Shown here: one piece after another, positions 33,461-64,000 of the stretch
How positions within the stretch are numbered: position 1 is the first letter of the stretch
Layout of the letters: each line of letters opens with the position of its first letter
NCBI RefSeq assembly: GCF_009914755.1
Contig: NC_060925.1
Direction: 5' to 3' (one strand)
Length of the DNA stretch: 64,000 nt
Source: the human T2T-CHM13v2.0 reference genome, Homo sapiens
Position numbers and translations under genes: made by a program
The notes under the pieces: model-generated
The model's input: the letters and a program-made list of their open reading frames with translations, nothing else
What the model was told of the DNA's origin: nothing
Database searches by the model: none

Positions 33461-34666
33461 TACACACACATATACACACAGAAACATCTCGAGAGGACAC
33501 CTCCAAATGATGAAGCTATTTTGTTGGGTACTGCGGTGGCACCTGTGATTCCTCAAGTAGCTTGGAATCAGCGTGCTAACACCATAAAGTGGCTGCAAAA
33601 GTCCCAGTGAAGTCACTGCTGAGAGCAAACAGGCCTTACAGAGAAGTTCCAAGGGGACAGGAAATTTCCAGAGGCTTGAGAGGACAATGTTCAGGGGAAT
33701 AAGTACTTGAAGGGAATTATCTAACAAGGTGTTAAAGTAGCTAGCTTCTTAGACAAGATGACATCAGGAGGAAAAAAAAACTTATTAAGGCAAACATGTC
33801 AGTTTCAGGCCAACTAAGGCTGTCAGAGAGACATGGAACACAAGAAGAGAAGAGTTTTGAAATGTATTCCCATCAAGAGCCAAGAATAATGAACTTTTGA
33901 ATGTAAAACTTAGTGTGTTCCAAAACAAGAAAGGAAAAATAACTTGTTACTCGGAATCGAAGCCAAAAGGAATCTCATTGCTTGGGGAGGAGGGATGGGA
34001 GGGTGGGGGTGGTCCTTGGCCTGGGAAGGAAAACTCCACCAGGCCTTCGGAGCTGGGCACGCCCTGTTCCCACAATTAAGAAAAAAAACGACGACCTAGA
34101 GCTCAAGGCCGGTGCTGACATCTGACCTACTGGATGGCAGCCGCCTGTAGGAACATCACCATAGACTATTGGAATTTTCTGGCAAGTACTGGGCACTAAA
34201 TCAGAGATGTGTTTTTAGAGAATTCCATGCCAATACTGCTGTATAGAATCTTTTATTCATACTTTCCCACTAGGTTTGGGCCCCTCTAAGCTTTCACGAG
34301 TCAAAGACCCCTCCTGCTTGCTGAAACCACCCACGGAAGGCCGGACACCGAGGACCTGGCCGCCCAAGCAGAGGCGACTGACAAGCGCGGTCCGGGCTGG
34401 ACGGCCCCACCTTCCCCGCCCGGGAGAGCCAGGCCGGACAGCGGCCTCCCTCAGACCCGTCCCCAAGGCCGAGCCTCGCCCTGGGCCGTGCTGGTGCCCC
34501 ATTCGGGACGGAGCGGTGGCCCGTCAGCACTTCCACGGCCTCCTCAGCAGGCCAGATGGGCAGGGCCGGCCTGGTGTCTCCCCGCCTGGCCGCGCGCTCG
34601 CGGGCAGCGATGACCCCAGGCAGCGGGCGACCCCAGGCGGACGGCAGGCCGGGTCTGCTCACTCAC

Positions 34667-34850
34667 CGTTCGCTGCCGCGGGCGCCTGCGGGGGCGTCTA
34701 CATGCCGGACCGAGCCCGCAGGCCCCGCCGCCGCGCCGCCGCCAGCCGTCGCTACCTGGCCCTTGGCGCCCTGGCCGCCTGTTGCCCCATGGCCGCCCGG
34801 ACCCCGGCGCCGGCGCCGCCGAGCAGCAATGCGCCGCGCCCGCCCACTGC
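34667..34850 (-). other. NADK: NADK non-coding first exon (main), TSS approximate
   Basis: Consensus donor ACG|gtgagt at 34667 inside the CpG island, just downstream of NRF1/E-box motifs. Confidence 0.75.
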
Positions 34851-35123
34851 GCAGGCGCACCCGCCACGCATGCGCGCTGCCGCGCACGTGGGGCGTCCCG
34901 CGCGTCTGCCGGGTCCCACCGGCGCCGGGACACCCCGCGCGGGCGGGAGGCGGCGGGCGTGGCGGGAAAGAGGTGGGCGGTGGGGAAGAGGGGCGAATCG
35001 CGGTGGAGAGCAGTGACCAGGGAGTGGAGGCGGGCAGCGGGGACAGGGGCGGGCGTCCGCGACTCGGGTAGGCGGGGGTCGGCGCCCCGAGGAGGGCGGC
35101 CCCCGGCTCCCGTCCCCACTCAC

Positions 35124-35250
35124 CTGCCGCGTCCGGAGGGCGCCCCCGGGTCCGCCCGCCACGTCTACGCCTAGGCGCCCCCGACATTGTGATCCCAGCC
35201 CGGCGTCCCGCCCCCAACTCACCGCCACCGCGGGCGGGACCTCCCGGACC
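35124..35250 (-). other. NADK: NADK candidate alternative first exon
   Basis: Consensus donor CAG|gtgagt at 35124 within the CpG island; 5' end approximate. Confidence 0.5.
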
Positions 35251-35861
35251 ACGTGGGCCGGCTCAGGGGAGTGCAGGTGCCCCGCGAGAGCTGGCCCCGC
35301 CCGCCGCCGCTTCCCTAATTACCGGGCTGTGACACGGTGTGGGCCGAGCCGGATTTGGGAACCGAAACTTAGAGCAGCTGCGGCAGCGCTGCGCTCCCTC
35401 GGGGCTGTCCGTCGGGGCTGGGAGGGCGGCCCTGCGCCTGGGGGAACCGCGATCGGCCTCACGCCCACCTCTAGCGGCCAGGTGCGCCTTGCACGCCCAC
35501 GAACGTCCTCAGAGGTCTACGCTTGGGATCCCAAGGCTGGCAGTGGAGGGAGGACCCGGTGGCCTGGGGCACCTCTAGGGGGACCAGGGAGCCGTGTTTT
35601 GCGCACCCCACAGGCTGGAGGACTCGGGGAGTTGGGGGAGGAGGCCAAAGCCACAGGAGCGGACTTTGTAGTGTTTGTTGGAACTGCGGGTCCCACCCAG
35701 CCCGCACTTGCTGAACTGGTGGCTGCTCATCAGCGCCTTCAGGCCTCAAATATCCCAATAATGTGCCCTATACCCAGTTCTCAGCTCTCGAGTCACTGTC
35801 AGGTAAACTGGCAATGCACGACCAGCTGCTCTAACCTGCTGGTCCCCCAGGTGCCAGACAT

Positions 35862-36175
35862 TGTTTTGTTTTTCTGAGATAGTGTCTCATTCGTCCCCCA
35901 GGCCGGAGTCCAGTGGCGGGCTCACGGCTCACTGCAGCCTTGACCTCTCAGGTGCAAGCGATCCTTCCACTTCAGCTTCCCTAGTAGTTGGGACTACAAG
36001 TAGGTCCCGCCACACTCGACTACTTCATTCATATATATATATATTTGTGTGTGTGTGTGTGTGTGTGTGTAGAGATGAGGTTTTACCATTTTGCCCAGGC
36101 TGGGTCTCAAACTTCACCCGCCTCGGCCTCCCAAAGTACTAGGATTATAGGCGTAAGCCACTGCACCTGGCCCAG
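35862..36175 (-). mobile_element. Old antisense Alu with internal (TA)n(TG)n
   Basis: Diverged Alu arms; microsatellite at 36031-36071. Confidence 0.8.
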
Positions 36176-36282
36176 CCATTGTTTTCTGAGGTTCAGTCCC
36201 TGTCTATACTTTCTGTGTGATCACCTGGCCCAGGGTCGGTGTGGACCTGAGTCCTCTGCAGCCCTTCCCCACACCCGCATAC

Positions 36283-36450
36283 CTGCTCTCTGGTCAGGAC
36301 TCCTGGGACTTGAATCCAGAGACACGGAACACGGCCTGGCCAAGTCTTCCTGAAAAACACAGCTCTTCAGTTCAGGACCACAGTGAAGTACAGGGCACCA
36401 AGGGTGACTGGAAAGGGAAGCAAGGATCATGAGAACTTGGGGGATTTCTT
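36283..36450 (-). other. NADK: NADK candidate upstream alternative first exon
   Basis: Donor CAG|gtatgc at 36283; position consistent with a recalled upstream NADK transcript start; 5' end approximate. Confidence 0.45.
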
Positions 36451-38149
36451 AAGCTCTGTAACTTCTCCCGGGGTTATTTTGCAAACCCAACTGTTTCAAA
36501 GTGACCACCAGCCACACCCACAGAAGCGGCCTTGAGCTGCCCAGTTCTTTTTCTTTGGCGGGGGGAGAGGGGGCGGATAAGATCATTAACATAATAATGC
36601 GTGAGCTGAGTTTTTGCATATGATCATTAGCATAATAATGCTTGATCTAGATGGCGCACCCACAAGCCAGGCACTGAGCCAGGCCTCAGTAGAATCTTCT
36701 AGAGTGGAGGCAGTCAACTGCTTCTGCAGAGGCAACCAGTGACTGTCGTGGGCCCCAGGTCACACAGCAGGTGCCCTTCGCGTGTCCCGCTGTGTAGGGA
36801 GCTCCAGCAGCTGCCCCGTCTGTGGCATGAAAACCCTTTGTCTACCCTGGGCCTGGGCACTGCCTGCAGGAGAGCTTCCCTGTTTCAGAGATGAGAAAAC
36901 AAAACCAGGGCTGTGGTTTCCTTCAGCTGACAGGTTGTGCAATTTCTCAGGGCAGGCCCCGGATATGACCTTGAAGATTCAGGGGCCAAGATCTCACACC
37001 CACACCTCACCCCAGGCCTGGCCAGCAATAACTAAGACCAAAGCTGGGAAGGCTCCTTAGGGCACCCAGAATGGTCCAAGAGGCAGCTTTGCTTGGGCTG
37101 AGACCAAAGGGAAGAGATGTTCCCGCAGCAGGAACAGAAGGGTCCAGGGCTATCATGGGGGCTTCTGCCAGATGGTGCACAGGAAGAGGCTCTGCCTTCA
37201 AGGGATTGGGGGTCAGGAAAGGCCCCCTCCTGCCTGACCAGGCCCCAGGGATGGGGCAGCAGTGGGTGGCATCCCCTGCCCTGACCTTCCTCAGCCCCAG
37301 GGCTGCCATTGCTCAAGGTGGCAGTGGACTCTTCACATAATTTCGCATTGTTTTTTGTATTCTTTAAGGATGGCTCCCATGTTGTTTACTTCAGAACCCC
37401 CAAAACCTGGACCCATCCTCTTCTGGGGGTCAGCAGGGATGGGGAGGGTGGAGGGAGAAGGGGGAACGGAGGCCATGAGGGATGGAGCAGGATGGGGTGC
37501 ACTGGGGTACAGGTTGCTCCTGGGGAGGCTGAGGAGAGAGGGAAGTTGGCTTCAGGTGGCCTGGCTCCAGTAAACTGGGTGAACGAAGTCTGCCCAGAAC
37601 CCACAAGGGTAAGTGGCCTGGAGCCTGGGGAAAGGATGACTGGGAAGGACTGAGGCTCCCAGTGAAGGACATCAGTATGGCAGGCTATCTGGTCATCTCA
37701 TCCAGCCTCCAGCCAGCACCCGGCACAGGCCCTGCCCAGGCTGAAAGCCAGGATAGGGGCGTCTGCAGGGGCCAGTGTCTGGATCTGCTCACATGACAGT
37801 CTTCTGTTTGGCCTGGTTTGGGGCGAGGGGCAACCTCTTTCCCAGGATGCCAGCCATGTGCAGGGCATACTGAGGATTCAACAGTGGAAACCAAAGTCCA
37901 TCAGGTGTTCACCTTCTAGTGGGGCAGACGGGCAAGAAGCAGAATTGGTGGGGGCAGGCAGGGGTTGGGGTACAGTTTTGACCAAGGTACCCAGGGACAA
38001 GTGTTTCTCTCTCAGGCAGAGGCAGCAGCAAGGACCAGGACCCTGAAGTGGTGAGAGCCTAGAGTGGGCGGGGATCATCAACAGTAACCACCTGGCAGGA
38101 CTGGGACTCCCTGTGTCCTCACAAGATCCTTACCAAGCAGCCTAGTATA

Positions 38150-38540
<391 letters not shown>

Positions 38541-38559
38541 TAGGGGACAGGGCGAGGCC

Positions 38560-39085
38560 AGAGAGTAGTGGGAGGGGCCGAGGCGGCCTTTCCCGGGAGC
38601 GCTCGGTTCCCGGCCGGCCCTTCTATTGGCCCCAGTCACTCAGGCTCCCAGGGCCGGCTCGGGGGGGAGCGGGGGGCCGCGCCAGGCCGCTGAAGTGTCC
38701 CCGTTTCGCGTGGGCAGAGCGCGCCTCCCCACGCATCCTGCTGAGGGCCAGCCTCTGCTAGGTGCGTGACACGGAGGGGACAGAACGGAAACCTTGTCCT
38801 GCTCAAGTGTGGACGTGCGTGCCACGTGCTAGAGTAAAATTGAGGTGGGGAACCTCCATCCCTGGGACATGGAGCACAGGGGCGACCCCGCGCCGCTTGG
38901 TCAAAGGAGGTCCGAGGCCCTGCAGGAACAGCCCACAGCCGGAGCGAGCTGCAGGTCACTCCACTGCCTGTGTCCACCTGCGACAGGTGCGCCCGCGCAA
39001 GCGGGGCGGAGCCAGGTGACCCGGACACAGGAAGCGCGCCAGGGGCCCCCACACCGCGGAGCTGCTGGCGACAAAGGGCGCTGCT
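38560..39085. promoter_or_regulatory. Small intergenic CpG-rich element between the GNB1 3' end and the NADK promoter
   Basis: Elevated CpG, inverted CCAAT (38625-38629), TTTCGCG E2F-like motif, GC box at about 39003. Confidence 0.55.
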
Positions 39086-39929
39086 CCTGCATAGGCCAGG
39101 CTAATGCAATCTACAAACTAGATTTCTGTGCCTACAGTTTGAAAATGATTGCAGTTCACTCAGCCAGTGTGGAATTATCCTCCTCTTTCCACACTGCCTT
39201 AGTCAGTGCCGCTGTCCAAGTGCACGTTGTTGGCGCCCGTTTTCATTTCCTGTTTTGCTAAGAAAGTGGGGCAGTGGCCTCCATGCCCGCCAAGGGACAG
39301 GCAGGCCGCCCCAGGGAGGGGTCCCCCTCAGCTCTGGCTCTTCCAGGCCAAAGCCAAGGGGAAGGGGCACCAGAGGGTCCCAGGTCCCACATGCCAGCTC
39401 CCTCAGTCTGCGGGGTGCCAGGCTAGGACACAGAAGCCAACAGGAATCCCCAAAGGGAGGAAGTGGAGTCGGGGGTGTGGCAGCCGTGCTGAGATGCTCG
39501 GCCTTTATTTACTCTGGGCAGGGACCAAGATAGGCCACTGCAGGCCGGCACCCTGCCTCCCGGCTGCTGGAGCCCCTCCCTCCCAGGAACTGCCAGCCAG
39601 GAAAGAGCCTCAGGTACTCTCTGCATTTAATTTTTAATTTTTTTTTTCTTTTGACGCCTCCAAGACAAGTTCAACTCTCTAGTGATTTTAAGTGGGGTTT
39701 TTGTAAGACAGCTGGCAGGGTTAGGGCTTGTGAAGAACTTGCATGTCTATGAAGAACTGATTTATTTCAGGGAAAAGTGGGGGATGACGAAGCCAGGCGA
39801 GCCCACCCCGTTCAGCCTGCCAATCACACCCACTTCAGCAGCCTAAAACAGCACCAGGTCACCCCACCAGGGAGACAACGCCATAGTGTCACTTGCAGTG
39901 CTGGCAGATGGGCACCCTTGGTGGCGTCA

Positions 39930-41115
<1,186 letters not shown>

Positions 41116-41681
41116 TTGCCTATTTAAGATTTTAAAAAATCACCAGTTTGGAAAGCAGGGAAGTGGATGGTTCTGGAGCCTAGGAGCGGCTATTTGGGAC
41201 ACACACAGCCATGGTTTTCCACACTACCATGGCCAGTGCTCATTTTTTTCTTACTAGATGCAGTTCTTTATATTCAGACCAAGAGGAACACTCAGTTCAG
41301 TCCCAAGGAAAGCTAGTCTCTGGAGTAACATCCTCAGACATTCTAAGGGAGGGAAATGGCAGAGGAGAAAGGCAAGGCAGCCGCCTGTGGAGACTCCCAC
41401 GGTGCTGTGGGCAAGGCCTATGCCTGGGGAGGGGTCTGGGCGATGGCAGGTGGACCTCCCTGCTCTGCTGGCCTGTGAGGTGGAGCTTCCCAGGAACCCC
41501 TCCGAGGAGCCAATGCGCCACTCATGGATTCTGTGACGTGGTGGCGGCCATGGCACCGCCTGGCATGAGCAGGCCCGTCAGACCTCACAGCAACAGGGAC
41601 AGCTTAGGGAAGCGGGCGCGTTGCAAACTGGAAGTGGACCCGTAAATAATCACCACACCAAAGTCCCTCATGTCAAACTGC

Positions 41682-41687
41682 TTTATT
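41682..41687 (-). terminator. GNB1: GNB1 distal polyadenylation signal AATAAA
   Basis: tttatt on + strand, followed on the transcript by a GU-rich stretch (tggtgtggtg). Confidence 0.85.
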
Positions 41688-43146
41688 ACATCTTAAATAA
41701 CAGTACAGTTTAATATAGTATCTATCTTGCATCCAGCTTCCTTGCAGTACACTGACTTTAAAATTAAATACAAAAGGTGGAAAGGGGTAAGGGTGCAGAG
41801 AGCTCTACAGAGTTGTTGGACGGAAAGAGAAAGAAGGGGTTTCATTTGTATTCTCTTTGCCAGATCCAGGCCTACCGCAAGGTCACAGCACAGTTTTGTA
41901 TAGAATGTTGCAGAAAACAGGATGGAGAAGCCACTACTGCTGCTATGAAGGAGTGCGGGGGGCGGGGCGGGGGGTCCCACAGAACCTGCTTTCCAAACGC
42001 TGCTGCTGAACACTGGCCTTGAAATGAACACCAGGACAATCTGTGTGTGATGGGAATGAGCCACCTCAGATGTGGAGGGCCCTGAAGAATCCATATAGGA
42101 GGGCAGGCTCTTCACTCCCTCTCCCTCCCTCTCTCTCCCTCCCCACCCTCAGAATCCAACAGCAGTCGTTTGCAACAGAACTTTTTTTTTTTTAAAGAAA
42201 TAAAGAAAACAGTGACTTATCCCGCTACCCAAGCGTGTAGAGCCGCGCGCTGTACTGCTTCCGATATGTGCCACAGAGCAGCAACGAGAAGTGGACAGAG
42301 CCGCAATGGTTACAACTGTAAGAGGTTATTTCTTAAAAGAAAAAGAACACCTAAGGACTGAGTCCCATATGCACTTTTGAGCATTTCTACAGCATGCGAT
42401 TCTAAGAGTAAACCCACCCAATATGGCAAACAATCAAAATTTTTAAAATTTAACTTAGAAAGTCTGAGATCATTATTTTCAAAACATTGATTTGTACATT
42501 GTTTCATACACAAATAATTGACTGACTATCCAAGCACAGGACAGGCATCTCTCTTGAAAACAGAGGTTCCTCCTAGTTGGGGGTGGGGTAGTGTTAGGCT
42601 ATTATAAACTTCCCTCCAACTTCACAAGGAAACCCAAAGTGAGATTAAAAACTCAACTGAGAAGATAGACAGGATGGGTCAGGAGGAACATGGTGCTGGA
42701 TCTGAGCTCACTTTTCAGCAAAGGTGAAGGATTCTCTGATCACGCATTTGAGACCGTCCCCGCATGTGCTTGGCCCCATGGCTTCTGAACATGTTCTTTT
42801 CTATGCCACGTTTGTGTGCAACAATGATCTGTGACATCAGACAGAAAATTAAAAACCAGGGACTGAATTTACATCATTGACAACATCAGAGAGGCTGCCC
42901 TAGACTCTCTGGTTTTGATTAACTGTTGAACACAAAGGAATACATTTTAAAAAGGAAATATGAATGCTTCCAAAATCTTGCTACAAACATGACTGAAATT
43001 TGGACACGATGACCAGATGAACAAAGCCCTCAGCATGTTTTGCATGAATGCCACAAAACAGGGTCACTGGTCTAAAATTCAAATACACTGGTGGAAAAGT
43101 GTGTCTGTCTGACAATTACACTCAAGTTTACCTTCTGGTTAACATT

Positions 43147-43152
43147 TTTATT
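43147..43152 (-). terminator. GNB1: GNB1 candidate proximal polyadenylation signal AATAAA
   Basis: tttatt on + strand about 280 nt into the last exon. Confidence 0.6.
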
Positions 43153-43708
43153 ATATATTTCCTTTTAAAATTCATTCAAGACAAAAAAGAAAACAAAGAC
43201 GATGGCCCCGGAAGGAATGCACAATTTGTTTTAGTTTACAGCACAGAGATCTTTCTCTCAATGGGAATTGTGCTCTTGGTTTCAGCAATAAGTGAAGGAA
43301 AAAAGATCTTGCCCTTTTGAAGTTCTGAGGGGAGGTGTAGGGTGTCCACGTTAGTACGGTTGGATAGGATATGCTCTCATGGTAACGCGTCCAAGTTGGA
43401 ATGGTCTTCCAGTCTCCATGGCATCCACATGCTGTTTTAAACAGAGTTTAAAGAAATGTGAAAAGAGGCAGAGAATCTAAGTGCAGACGCACAGCCAGGT
43501 CACTGCTCTTCCCATCACTGCATGAGTGTCTGCAGCTGAGGGCACGTGACTTCAGCTTTCTGTAAACGTTTCCCACAACACAATTCCAAATCAATGCTAC
43601 ATCAACATTTATCTAGAAACCGTTAATGACAACTTCAAATGTTCTATGAGAAACACGCACAGTTCTCCTCAGAGAAGGGCATTTGGGCTGCTGCATTACC
43701 TACTGGCG

Positions 43709-63013
<19,305 letters not shown>

Positions 63014-63077
63014 TTATGTGCTCCCATGTTACATGTGCTTCAGACAAAGCCACTTATTTATAAGAAAAAAAATCTCT

Positions 63078-63903
<826 letters not shown>

Positions 63904-64000
63904 TTAGACATTCCAAATTCATGAAACATTTCTCACCCAAAATACCCCATGAAATTTCCCAGACTGAGCTAAAATTGGAATCAAGGTCTCCTAGAAACCA

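Larger units (their letters stand above)
34330..35500. promoter_or_regulatory. NADK: NADK promoter CpG island
   Basis: Very high CpG density; NRF1-like TGCGCAGGCGCA (34848-34859) and CGCATGCGCG (34867-34876), E-boxes CACGTG (34885-34890, 35250-35255), several GC boxes. Confidence 0.92.
41665..43431 (-). other. GNB1: GNB1 terminal non-coding exon (3' UTR)
   Basis: Acceptor aacag|C at 43431; repeat-free AT-rich UTR ending after AATAAA at 41682-41687. Confidence 0.88.

Noticed and set aside
34276-35252. Long overlapping ORFs (170-246 aa) in the NADK CpG island
   Set aside because: Stop-codon depletion from extreme GC content; low-complexity Arg/Pro/Ala/Gly translations

Overview
Human (primate) genomic DNA recognisable as chromosome 1p36.33, with three genes on the minus strand. 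These are the 5' end (promoter CpG island, two non-coding exons) of SLC35E2A at about 620-3270, the complete NADK gene (cytosolic NAD+ kinase; 11 coding exons 9322-21805, first exons at about 34.7-36.4 kb, 3' end at about 7650), and the 3' part of GNB1 (G-protein beta-1; coding exons 6-11 plus a non-coding last exon, about 41665-62924). Exon boundaries were read by hand and sum to a 1344-nt NADK CDS (447 aa). That is one Glu longer than the 446-aa reference protein as I recall it, suggesting a non-GRCh38 allele. Introns are very Alu-rich, with L1, MLT/MST LTR, MER and MIR remnants; most ORFs in the track are Alu- or GC-derived noise. There is no prokaryotic-type novel system. The most interesting signals concern NADK regulation: a strong-Kozak uORF that becomes an in-frame N-terminal extension if an alternative donor is used, a duplicated poison donor after exon 3, a GC-AG intron with flanking alternative sites, an internal first exon that drops the Akt-regulated N-terminus, and APA removing two Pumilio elements. 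A repeat-spacer-like ~75-bp array also sits in the SLC35E2A promoter.
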